A DNA stretch of 64,000 nucleotides from positions 620,001-684,000 of the forward strand of contig OZ025786.1 of assembly GCA_964019425.1 (NCBI GenBank), given 5' to 3'. This document shows positions 24,890-34,530 of the stretch, piece by piece (position 1 is the stretch's first letter; each line of letters starts with the position of its first letter). This DNA comes from Flectonema sp. DT1601. Lineage: Eukaryota. A program made the position numbers and the translations under genes. A model generated the notes under the pieces. That model searched no databases and had not been told where the DNA came from. It saw nothing but the letters and a program-made list of their open reading frames with translations.

Positions 24890-25310
24890 TGCAATATGAC
24901 AAAAGCTAAAGCATGGTAATGTTCCATAGCGCCCTTCCTTACATGAAAAATCAGCTTGAATAAAAAATTAGTGCAATTTCACGGAGGGATTATTATTACT
25001 CGATGTATGTTGTGCAGATTTACTGGAAAACTATTATTGCGGTTTGCAACGGAAATAGTGAAAAATGCTGCGAAATTTTGTACCAAACTTGGACCCCCCA
25101 AAAGCATACCAGTACTTACCAGAAGATACTGTCGCGCCAAGCATGCCCCGTTCAAAGCCCAGAGAACGACGGCGCGGATCTCGGCAATACAAAACGCAGC
25201 AAGAAAATCAAAATGATCTACTATAAATGCGTTCAGTACTCTGACTTGGAATCTTGTGGTACGGCTTTTTGCTCCGCGGATTAGTATTTTTAACCATTTG
25301 GTGTATATAA
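24890..25310 (+). pseudogene. Possible degenerate C-terminal fragment of a piggyBac transposase
   Basis: Frameshifted pieces resemble the post-catalytic and Cys-rich regions (NKKLVQF..IIIT, LLRFATEIV, RQACPV...IYYKC...CGTAFCS). The similarity is weak and judged by eye. Confidence 0.3.
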
Positions 25311-25497
25311 AATTGCAAAAACCGCCAGCTCCACACACTTTTTAAATGATGATAAAGTAATGAATAACACGCACACAAACTGAGATCAACAACTTAGAAG
25401 CACTGTAAAAGGGTGCAGATTACTTCTGCGCAGGGGTTGTGCCAGGCCCAATTCGGTTCGACGAACATTTTAAAATTAGAAGACGATCTTCCCCAAC

Positions 25498-25935
25498 AGG
25501 CCATGCTGAACCAAGAATTTTAAGCTCACCTGTTACAAACACGCCCCCATCCCTGTAAGGAGGCATCCACAAAATAGCCTGTTGTCTTTGTGACTAAAAG
25601 AAACACCTAAAAATTCATAATCTTGAGAGAGGTAACAGTGCCACTTGGCTTCCAAGTAATATCTATCTTTGGAGTCCATTCTCCCAGTGGCACATTTAAC
25701 ATTCTCCTTATCACCAAATAACCTAATGTTATCGATCACCAGGAATCCTTGGCATGCCGCTTCTTCAGCAGGTTTCTTCCAACTTATGGATCTTCTTAAC
25801 CTTGTTCGTAGTCGGCCGTCCAGATCATCGTCATACTTACTAAAAGTATAGAAATAATGGGTCTTGCAAAAATTCTTCTATACCATAGAGAAAGAAAAAA
25901 AAAGAACAGAAACCGGCATTAAGTTCAAGTGAACC
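25498..25935 (-). mobile_element. Degenerate, internally deleted RT/RNase H remnant of a DIRS/TATE-like (tyrosine-recombinase) retroelement
   Basis: The minus strand gives, in order, ELNAGF (RT motif A-like), IDNIRLFG (YxDD-equivalent), YEFLGVSFSH and, after a frameshift, FVDASLQGWG...VTGELKILGSAW, the DAS-x-x-GWG RNase H motif of DIRS-class elements. Confidence 0.6.
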
Positions 25936-25940
25936 TTTCT

Positions 25941-26212
25941 CTGCCGTATTACATTATACCCTGGTTTTGGTTTCCCAGGGCTCAATAATTCAAAATTGAA
26001 TAACTCGATTCCGTACTGCACTGGATGACAACACGGAAAAAGAGATGTGTATGCAGCTAAGTTAGAAACATTTATTATAATGTAAAGTATTTGCGTCAAT
26101 CGCAGAGTGTATACCTACACCAATATTACTTTAGTCACTGTATCTCAGAACTAATCGTTATGTTTTTTATGATGCAATACATTTGTATTTTATGTACAAA
26201 CTCGAACAGTTA
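25941..26212 (+). repeat. AT-rich ~270-bp dispersed repeat, copy A (inverted relative to copy D at 34140-34400)
   Basis: ctgccgtattacattatac...ctcgaacagtta matches the reverse complement of 34140-34400 with scattered substitutions and small indels. Confidence 0.95.
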
Positions 26213-26214
26213 CC

Positions 26215-26585
26215 AATTATGTCACGGAAAATGAAATAAAAATAAAGAACAGAATGTAGGATTTCAAAGGACGCATAAAATCAAGTTTCGCCAAGCTTTG
26301 CCAAATTCAACCTACTTCCCTGCGACATTGCCAGCTCCCGATCTTGGTGATCCGAAGCGTGATAAAGTGCGTCCACTGCTCGACCTTGTTCCCTAGCGGT
26401 CATCCGTAGTAACACCAGGACGCTATGAAACGCGATGAAACGATAATTCCCTGCCATGGACGTATACGTTCACCCCGATGAAGAAAAAGCGATCCGGAAT
26501 ACACACAAGGTTTGCACCTTGTGTGACCAAGGAATATACTGTATTTTTTATGTTGGTAAGAACCATGGGAAGGATGTTGAAATTC
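26215..26585 (+). pseudogene. Degenerate piggyBac transposase fragment (region around the first catalytic Asp)
   Basis: Across frameshifts and stops it reads MSR...DKVRPLLDL...VTPGR...DETIIPCHGR...KVCTLCDQGIYCIFYVGK, matching the piggyBac pattern KVRP...PG...DE.MIPF.GR...K...LCD...Y.GK. Confidence 0.7.
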
Positions 26586-26798
26586 CATTTAGGTAATTTG
26601 CTACCATGTCCTAAAGCAGCGCCGATGATAAAGAAAACATAAACTACCGAAATTACTTTGTGTGTATTTTATTCCACTTCTCTTACCTCGTGCATATTAT
26701 ATATTCGGTGTGAGTGGTACTGTTATTAGTTTTATCGTTATTATCGAACTTCTTCTGCAGTTCACAGCCACTCACCCACTTCCACTCTTCAATTCAAA

Positions 26799-27545
26799 AT
26801 GTCAATGTTAATTGATTTTGATTTCCCTGAAGTATTAGAAGTTATCTGGAAGAAAAAATTTGACTGCGAAGTTCCAACCAGGCAGCGGGTGGATCTAGCG
26901 TTGATGGCAAGTGAGCTGCCTTTTAGTGTTTCATTGGAAAATTTAAGATCTGACTCAACTCAAAGGGAAATGATTCAGGGAACTGTGGCAGCTGTACTTG
27001 GTGTGAATCTACCAGTGATGAAGACGAAAGTTCAAATACACCAAGTAGTTGAAGTTCTTGCTATCTTGGCAAGGATGAACCGGGCAATGGTGATGGAGAA
27101 GGTGGCAGCGGTCGGTGTTCGACTGCAAGTTCGACCCCAACAAACAGGGTGGTTATGCATGAAAGAGGCGGATGACGCTGTGTAGCGACACAGACACCCT
27201 CCGCAACCTCACACAACAACAGGTCAACAACTTGACTAATCACACCAAACGCCACCTTCAACGACGCAGAAGCAGCAGTCAACCACCTTCAGGCAGGAGA
27301 GCAATCAGTTCGGCAGCATATTAATGCCAATGTAGATCGCCAACAGAAGTTGGAGGAGATGACAGGATTCATCGGTCAACAGCAGGAGACCATGCCCCGA
27401 TTGACGGAGGAGGTATTATTGGATCTCAAGGGGAGAGTTGATGCTGCCCCACATCATAATCATCCTCCACCGCCACCACCACTACCAGTTCCAGAACACA
27501 GCATGCCAGCTAATACCTTTACGCACCCACCAGTTATGGAAGTAC
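26799..27545 (+). other. Broken coding-like segment with a coiled-coil and a polyproline tract (possibly gag-like or ORF1-like)
   Basis: ORFs 26799..27185 and 27350 onward (VNHLQAGEQSVRQHINANVDRQQKLEEM...HPPPPPPLPVP) abut the MULE fragment. There is no diagnostic motif. Confidence 0.25.
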
Positions 27546-28865
27546 CTGCCATCGACCGTTTTTTTTCTCCACGATCTCTCACCCACCCCAAAACCATCTC
27601 GTCATCACCCTCTGCATCGTGCGCACTACGCCGTCGCTCGTAGTGCCACTTCTGCACAATGCTGTTAAGCATCCCCAACACATTCTTGTCCCTGGCTGAA
27701 GAGATAACATTGTTAAACCCTTCAGCCAGGTTGTTCGTACTTTGATTGTACGTCCTAGAGCGGATTGCACCGCGAGCCCAAGTCTCAGGCTCCTTTTCAT
27801 CCAGGTATTCGTGGAGCACTTCAAGCTCGTTCTCCTCCGCAGACTCACCAAGAGCATCAAACATGGGTAGAAACCTGCCGTACACAGATGTTTGAACCTA
27901 CCAAACATCTCCTTGCTGAACTTGGTCTTGATGTTTCGACCCATGTGTTGTGTGCATTTGAGGGCAATCACACCGTTGTAATCCCCACGAAGCACCGACA
28001 GTAGGCCCTTGTCCTGATCGGCCATAAGGCCAAACCCTTCGCCCAAAAACTCCGGAACCTTCACCGCCGACCCCAGCTTCCCAAGGAAGTACTTCCACCC
28101 TTCGGCGTCTTCATTGCCTATCAAGGCGAAACCCACAGGGAATTGACTTCCCAGTGGGTCCATTGCAACAAATGTAAGCAATGTCCCCAAGTAATGTGCT
28201 CGTAAGAAGCACCCATCAACAACCCCAAATCCCCCCGGACATGCACCTACACCCTCCAGCGATGCCCCCAAAGCAAGGAAAAAGGACTTAAACCTTCCAC
28301 CCTCTTCTTTTATGTCCCACTGGGTACCGGGGTTTTGTTCCGCCAGTGAGGTGAACCAGGCCTGTAACCAGGCAAATCCCTCATGGGGGTCACCATTGAT
28401 CTCTTTATCGGCTTCTCCGAGGGCCCGGTATACAGTATCCTTCCTTACTGTTATACCGCAAGACTTTAAGTCTTGTACAAGGTGGGACTTTTTATATTTT
28501 GTACCCAACCCCTTGTATTTTGCCAGGGAAAGGTAGGCTATTGTGGTCTTGGGCCCGTACACCCTCCCCCCCCCAGGGTTGCAAGCGTCCGTATGCCGCA
28601 GCTGTGACACCGTCACAGTTCTCTCTTCACAACTCCCTGTAGCGCACACCCTCCACTCACATGAGTCGGATGTGCAATGGAACGATATCCGGTTCTCACG
28701 CTTTTGTCTGCTAAACCTCCTTCCAGTGGAGCAGCAGGCGAGGGTGACGCTTGCCAGGAGTGCACTCTCGCTAGGGAAGACACGTCCCAGAGTTGGTGTC
28801 GGAACATTGAACACCGGCACGTTTATGGTCGGGACAGGTGTAACAGTATCCTCAGATGCGATCAC
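27545..28865 (-). mobile_element. Mutator-like (MULE/MuDR-type) transposase, frameshifted near 27885 and truncated at both ends
   Basis: DNA-binding region (GRVFPS...FHCTSDSCEWRVCAT...HTDAC), DDE core (VVDGCFL..YLGTLL..AMD...FPVGFAL..EDAEGW.YFL...MADQDKGL...CTQHMGRN) and, in the next frame, STNNLAEGFNNVISSARDKNVLGML. There is no in-frame ATG and no SWIM domain. Confidence 0.92.
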
Positions 28866-28869
28866 AGGT

Positions 28870-29190
28870 GCATGTGGGAGGGGTTCAAGGGGGTGCTGAT
28901 GCCAGCGCTGAAGAAGGGGTTGAACCTCGCCCTCCCGGAGGGGCTAAGGATAGAAGAAGACGGGCCGGGGCCGAACCCCAGAGACTGTCCTCGGCGAAAC
29001 TGGACCAGGTCAAGAGAGACTGCCTGCTGGCGGGGGCGGATGACCAGCGCGATAAAGGGAGGCTGCTCTCCCTGCGCATGGATAAGGCGAGCGCATGGCT
29101 GCAACAGATGAAGAGTGCGCGATGGACCCAGAGACGTTCAGGATCGCATGTGGGATGTGCTTGGAGAAGCTGTCCAAGATGTTCGACCCG
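28870..29190 (+). mobile_element. Post-RT segment of a CRE/SLACS-like non-LTR retrotransposon
   Basis: Across frameshifts it reads QRLS.AKLDQVKRDCLLAGADDQRDKGRLLSLRMDKASAWLQ...MDPETFRIACGMCL, resembling the ARLLS...A.AWL...FR.A...RLG block found between the RT and the restriction-like endonuclease in CRE-clade elements. Confidence 0.55.
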
Positions 29191-29745
29191 CTACAAGACA
29201 GGCGGCAGGGGAGGTAGTAGGAACCCTGATGTCCATAGTAGACGCCCTGTTGGAGGAGAAGAAAGAGGAGTGCGAACCGTTGTTCTCGGCAGTACAGCTG
29301 AAACAGCTGGTCTGCACGGGATGTGCGGACGCCTCCGGATCGACGGATGAGTTGACGCTGATCCCACTGTGTGGCCGTACACCACAGGTGAGGCTTCAGC
29401 CGACGAAGGAGAGAGTCGAGCGGTCCTGCGAGAAGCTGTGCGGCAGCAATGAGGCCACGTTGGAAGAGAGTTTCGCCTCGCTCCCAAGCTCCTTGATCTT
29501 CCAGAGAGACAAGCAGGACACGCAAGGGTCCTTGGGATGGGAAGAGCGCTTCCAGGTGCAGGTCGGGGAGAGGGTGATGACGTACCAGCACACCTCGGGA
29601 GTGACAACGCGGGGCATAGTAGCGTGTCATACACGTGGGACGGAGTAGGCTGGCAGAAGCAAGACGACAAGGCAATAAGCCAAGTGTCGACAGAGGAGAT
29701 CCACGGTACGAAACCAGTAGTAGTGGTCTACTCGAGGGTAGAGGG
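29190..29745 (+). pseudogene. Ubiquitin-specific protease (peptidase C19)-like catalytic domain lacking the Cys box, frameshifted
   Basis: RQAAGEVV (QDAxEF-like), LFSAVQLKQLVCTGC, CEKLCG...SFASLPSSLIFQ, then HLGSDNAGH..VSY....WQKQDDKAISQV...VVVVYSR (His box and Asp). Confidence 0.7.
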
Positions 29746-30344
29746 ATCGACCCAAGAGGACGTCGGGGTGCCGGTGAGATGGATTCCGGTGGCGAACAAG
29801 GACCGGATGGAGGTACGCGAGGCACCGCCGTCGGAGGAGGACACCGCGGGGTACACGCCCAGGGAAGAGGCAGAGTGTGCCCTCCGGACGCGAGTAGTAG
29901 GGGGGCAGACGCAGCGCAAGCTGCTCTTACTGGTATCGAGCGTCTGGAACGCGGAGATGGAGAAGCTGGGGGCGGCAGCATGCCTGATACACATGGGAAC
30001 GCTTGACAGGACCTGGCCCTCTGGGAAGCGGAATCGGCGGCGTGGGACGAGCCGGTGGAGCTCTCGGAGGACGGGCTCGACTACCTGGTGATCGAGCTGG
30101 AGATGAATCTGGGGCTGTCCCATTTGAGGGGAAAGACGGCGGAACCGGTGGAATCCCAGTCGCTCCCGGAAGGGTCGACGGTGTCAGGCGAAGACAGACC
30201 ACGAGCCGAAGCGCCAGCCCAGGAGGAAGCGCGGACGACGGACGCACAAGGAGCGGAAGCAGTAGGGCTGAGAGACGAGCCAGCACAGTGGGACAACCCG
30301 AGGAAAAAGAGCCCCCATCCCCCGACCCCCCGTCGAAGGAGGAG

Positions 30345-30666
30345 AAGCTGTGTGCGGTGGCGGTGGGATGGGAACCGGGGGTGCATGCATCGTGGGAGGA
30401 GGCGAAGGCACAGACGGAAGGGTGCCCGAATGCGACACACCAGAGTTTCTCCCCCAGGAAGGAGGCGGACAGGTTCGTAGAGAGGTGGCAGCCGGAGACC
30501 AGGGAACCGACCCGGGCCACGGAGGGAGTCAGCCCACGCAAGTGGTACACAGTGGCGAGGTAGCTGTTCCAATGCTGGAACGAGGCGAACTCGAATGGTG
30601 TCAGGCTACGCGGCGGCGAGACACAAGAGTTTCGCAAGCAAGGGGGAGGCGGAGGGATACCTCCGA
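30345..30666 (+). pseudogene. Two tandem RNase H1 N-terminal hybrid-binding (caulimovirus viroplasmin-like) domains
   Basis: KLCAVAVGWEPGVHASWEEAKAQTEGCPNATHQSF...EADRFV and KWYTVAR...VSGYAAARHKSFASKGEAEGYL match the YAV..G..PG.Y.W..C..QV.G...A..KSF....EA..F pattern. Confidence 0.8.
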
Positions 30667-30708
30667 ACCCACCTGCTGGGGGAGGTGGTTGGGGAAGTAG
30701 GGACAAGG

Positions 30709-31075
30709 TACACCTTGGTGTACGCGTGCGAGGTAGACCCGGTAACGGGCCGTCTGGGGGCGGCGGCGAGCTGGTTGGACACACACCGTTTCGAGGTGTT
30801 GGGCACATGGCCAGCTGGCCTGCCAGCGGGAGACACACACTGGGGGCGATACTTCGCAGCCCTGGTGGGGCTGGTAGCGGCCAAGGTGTGTGGAGGCCTC
30901 GTCCCAGCGGAGGCATCCCTGCTGCTGCGAGGAAGCACGACACACTGGTCGACGGACCAGAGAGAGGTGCTGGAGGAGGCGGAGTTGATGGGGAGGCGTA
31001 CGACACTGGTGGAGATGCCAGAGAGGATGAGAACACACGCAACGGAGGAGGCAGAAAAAGCGGCAAAGGGGCTCA
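30709..31075 (+). pseudogene. Degenerate RNase H-like fold with catalytic acidic residues apparently replaced; a similar segment lies at about 29920-30130
   Basis: YTLVYACEVDPVTGRLGAAASWL...GDTHWGRYFAALVGLVAA parallels the RNase HI pattern Y.DG...G.AG...TNN.AEY.ALI.GL..A. The upstream LLLVSSVWNAEMEKLGAAACLI shares the LGAAA core. Confidence 0.45.
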
Positions 31076-32524
31076 ACCTCAGTGACGGAAGCCGTGATGA
31101 AGGTTTTCACAGAGGGGGCAAAGAACTGCCTGGGACACGGGACACGGACGGGGTCCCTTCACGGTGCGGTGGGAGGGAAGACAACTGCGTCTGGAACCCC
31201 AGTGCACGGAAGGGGGGACAGGATCGTCAGGCGGCCGAGAGTCGGTGGAAGGAGAAGACGCGAGGGTGGAGGGCCGAGACGAGCAGAGCCCGGTCCCAAC
31301 CCCGAAGGGGGCCGTACAAAGGGTAGAGGCGGGAGTCCTGGAGTTGAGCTCGGAAGGGTCGGAGGGAGATGACGATCATCCTCCCCAGCGACAGGGCAGG
31401 ACGAAGGGAACGGTTCCATGTCGGGAGGCCCCATAGGGAGTCCAAGGACGTCGGACATGGAAGCGGAAGAACAGACGGAAGAAATGGACCAGCCCGTAGA
31501 CCTGTCGGCAGCAGAAACCTCAGGCGAAAACCATCACCTGGCCGAGGACCTGCAAGCCGAGAAGGGGGACGAGCTGGACGAGACGTCCCACCCGACGGCA
31601 TGGACGGAGTGGAGGGGTTGAAGGACCTGGAAGACTCACAGTCGGAGATGGAAGTCGACGGAGAAAATGTGACGGAAGAGTCCAGTACGTCGAGGAAACG
31701 TCAGAGGACGTGGTCCAGGTGGCAGAGTCGGACACAGAAGAGGAGGGATCGTCAGACTCCCAAATGACCATGACGGTCGATGAACAGGAATTGGAAGAAA
31801 GAGCGGCGCCCGAGGGGAACACAGGTCAGATGGCCTGGATGCTGGGACTACACCCAGAAAGGGGGAACGCATATACACGACGGGAGGGCCGATCGGAGCC
31901 CCTTTCAAAGCTGGTGAACTCAGGCGAAACAAAACCAATGGCCGAGAGATCTAGTTTGGGGGCGAAGATGGGACCACGCGCAGTGTGTAGTGACGGGAGC
32001 GGGGAAGACGCAGAGAGATCGCCGGGCACGGTGTCGACACCGAGCACGAGAGGGAGGACGAAGTACAGAAAGGGAATGGAGGAGGAGAGGGAGGAGTGTG
32101 TGTCGCCGAAGACAAATACGGGAAGGGGACGCACGAGAGGCCGGAAGGCAAAGACAGGGGCAAAGGGGGCCGGAAAGGAGGACCCAAGCCCGCAGGTGTT
32201 GCAGGCGGAAATGGGAGAGTCCACCCCGAGCTCAGGTGAACGGCAGGCGAGGAGGAGGTACAGGAAGGGAGAAGAGAGGGAGAGGATAGAGGTTCTCTCC
32301 CCAGACCCGAGCAGGAAAGCGAAGAGGAAGAGACGCAAGCAGAAGGAACCGGAGCCAGTGGAGGGCACCACGAGGGAACAGTTACAACAGGAAACCCACA
32401 CGGTTAGAAACGTGACCAAAGCCCCCACGAAGCAGGAGACACACAACCTGCAACCAGACCCCCCCAAAAAAAAACCCCGGTCAACGGTCAACGAGGCAAA
32501 CTCGGACCAAAACATGCTTTTCAC

Positions 32525-33021
32525 CCCCCCCAGGAAACACCGACCAGTGGAGCCAAAGGCCGCACACATATTATAAAAATCAAAGGCCGCCCCCCAACCC
32601 AAGAAAAGGATGAAAAACTTTCAAGCGAAAAAACTTGACGTCCGTACGCCCCAGAGATCTCCGTTGCTTCAGTCACAACAGATGATTGACTTACTTCTAC
32701 ACCATACTGATGATGAGAGAATAGAGGTAAGAGGTATATGGATTACTCTCGAAACCTAATAGTTACTTTAAAAGGCTAAGTTAAGCATCACACCTAGTCA
32801 CTGTATCTCAGAACTAATGTTAAATTATCGTTATGTTTTTTATGATACAAAACATTTGTATTTTACGTACAAAATCAAACAGTTAACCCCCCCAGGAAAC
32901 ACCGACCAGTGGAGCCAAAGGCCGCACACATATTATAAAAATCAAAGGCCGCCCCCCAACCCAAGAAAAGGATGAAAAACTTTCAAGCGAAAAAACTTGA
33001 CGTCCGTACGCCCCAGAGATC
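32525..33021 (+). repeat. Exact 135-bp direct duplication (32525-32659 and 32887-33021) enclosing a 227-bp insert
   Basis: cccccccaggaaacaccgaccagtgg...cgccccagagatc occurs twice, identical by inspection. Confidence 0.95.
32775..32900 (+). repeat. Partial copy B of the AT-rich dispersed repeat
   Basis: tagtcactgtatctcagaactaat...tatgatacaaaacatttgtattttacgtacaaa...cagttaacccc matches the 3' part of copy A. Confidence 0.9.
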
Positions 33022-33074
33022 AAAGGACGGACGACTCACACCCCCCTTCTTTCGCCCCATTTTATTTACTGGTA

Positions 33075-33294
33075 CAGCGACAAAGTAAAGCTGGGAGACG
33101 ACGAATTATTTTTTGTGCATAGAAACAAGGGATCCATGAGAACAAAGGATCAAGAGAAGAAGCGCACATTCCCCTTCCTAAACCCAGAAACATGAGAACT
33201 CATTAAATTGGAGGGTCATGTCTTTCCAAGTCGAAAAATGCTTAAATGCTAAAGAAGACTGTCGTCCCCAGCTCGCGGGTTTTCCCTGTCGCTG
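33075..33294 (+). mobile_element. Putative ~220-bp Tc1/mariner/pogo-type MITE with a TA target duplication
   Basis: TA|CAGCGACA (33073-33082) and TGTCGCTG|TA (33287-33296) are inverted, with a second inverted block agctggg(a)gacgac (33089-33102) / gtcgtccccagct (33261-33273). Confidence 0.6.
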
Positions 33295-33430
33295 TATGTC
33301 GAGACAACGATCAGAGTCAGTAGAAAGAGTATACAAATTTACTGTGTATTTTTGAGTGACGAAGAAAGAAGTTTCCATTTTATCTTCCCGAAAATAAAAA
33401 AAAAAAAAAAAGGAAAAGGGAAAAAAGGTC

Positions 33431-33636
33431 AAGTGACACACAACAGAGAAAAATAAATATAGGTGGCACACAACAGCGAAAAATAAATATAGGTGGCACA
33501 CAACAGCGAAAAAAAAGTTTAGGTGGCACACAACAGCGAAAAAAAAAAAGAAAAAAAAACACAACGGAGAAAAATTCTTTTAGGTGGACTACAACGGAGA
33601 AAAATAAAGTTTTGGGGTAGCAACGGAGAATTTTCC
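33431..33636. repeat. About seven degenerate 30-bp tandem units (aggtggcacacaacagcgaaaaataaatat), possibly a subterminal array of a MULE terminal repeat
   Basis: Units start at 33431, 33461, 33491 and 33521, followed by degenerate copies. The array ends in caacggagaattttcc, which reads GGAAAATTCTCCGTTG on the minus strand, upstream of the minus-strand transposase. Confidence 0.8.
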
Positions 33637-33826
33637 TTCTCTTTAATTGGGCTCCTTTCAAAATACAGGAAGGGAATAACATGCAGCTGCTATGAATGGA
33701 AACCGTTGAGTGCGTTAGTGCGACACTGCCTTGGTTAGTTCTGCTGATTCAGTGCAACAACGCCCTAAGGTGGCGTTAGGTGTGGGTGGCAGGTGCCATT
33801 GACCTGTATGTTCGGTTTGGTACATA

Positions 33827-33890
33827 GGTTTTCTGGGGGGTTAACTGTTCAAGTTTGTACGTAAAATAAAAATGTTTTGTATCATAAAAC
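33827..33890 (-). repeat. Partial copy C of the AT-rich dispersed repeat, inverted relative to copy B
   Basis: ctggggggttaactgttcaagtttgtacgtaaaataaaaatgttttgtatcataaaa is the reverse complement of about 32837-32895 with few differences. Confidence 0.9.
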
Positions 33891-33899
33891 ATGTTTTAT

Positions 33900-33969
33900 G
33901 GGGGGGTACCTTTTCTCTTTTTAAAAAACAGCAAAATTTTGGGGGTTCTTACGGTGGTGTAAGGGTTAA
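33900..33969. mobile_element. Possible solitary piggyBac terminus
   Basis: ...acggtggtgtAAGGG|TTAA (33961-33969) reads TTAA-CCCTT on the minus strand, the typical piggyBac end plus target site. No matching partner end was found in the window. Confidence 0.35.
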
Positions 33970-34139
33970 TGATCAAGATGTAAAGTACCCATAGTTGACC
34001 AATAGTAACTGGATACACATCTTAGGTGTGTTGCGCCGGGCGCAAATTTGCTTGCGTATATTTGCACCTGTACCCTGCTCACAAACGGGTTGTCGGAAGC
34101 TTCAACCTGCAAACCCCGCAAGGTACAGAGTGATGGGGC

Positions 34140-34400
34140 TAACTGTTCGAGTTTGTACATAAAATACAAATGTATTGTATCATAAAACAACATAACGATT
34201 AGTTCTGAGATACAGTGACTAAAGGTAATGTTAGTAGGTATACACTCTGCGATTGACGTTATAATAAATGTTTCTAACTTAGCTGCATGCACATGTCTTT
34301 TTCCGTGTTGTTACCCAGTGCAGTACGGAATCGAGTTATTTGATTTTGAATTAATCGTGGAGCCCTGGGAAACCAAAACCAGTATAATGTAATACGGCAG
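34140..34400 (-). repeat. AT-rich dispersed repeat copy D, inverted partner of copy A
   Basis: Its reverse complement aligns by eye with 25941-26212 over its whole length. Confidence 0.95.
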
Positions 34401-34439
34401 GGTGTAGGTTTCACCGGGGGGGTTTCTGCACCGCCTCAT

Positions 34440-34530
34440 ATGACATCAAGAACCAAATCCAAGTAGACCACCTTCCGCGAGCACCAGTATAGAATCGACC
34501 CCACCCTTGTACTTACATGGTACATTTTCC
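34440..34530 (-). pseudogene. Tiny piggyBac transposase remnant (third catalytic Asp motif)
   Basis: The minus strand reads KYKGGVD (34494-34514), followed in another frame by RKVVYLDLVLDV, resembling YNKxMGGVD...W.RK...LD. Confidence 0.4.

Noticed and set aside
28870..32576. Programmed frameshifting or editing to explain the many frame breaks
   Set aside because: The breaks are accompanied by deletions of conserved residues, so decay or consensus errors in a repeat are simpler explanations.
29010..32602. Long Pro/Ser-rich minus-strand ORFs in the GC-rich block
   Set aside because: High GC and purine skew suppress stop codons, and all recognisable motifs are on the + strand.
33431..33636. 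30-bp periodic array as a CRISPR array
   Set aside because: There are no unique spacers (the units are directly tandem and degenerate), no cas genes, and the context is eukaryotic.
25900..34440. An intact autonomous 8.5-kb TIR transposon
   Set aside because: No target-site duplication is visible outside repeats A and D, the transposase is broken, and extra internal copies of the repeat exist. It is kept only as one hypothesis.
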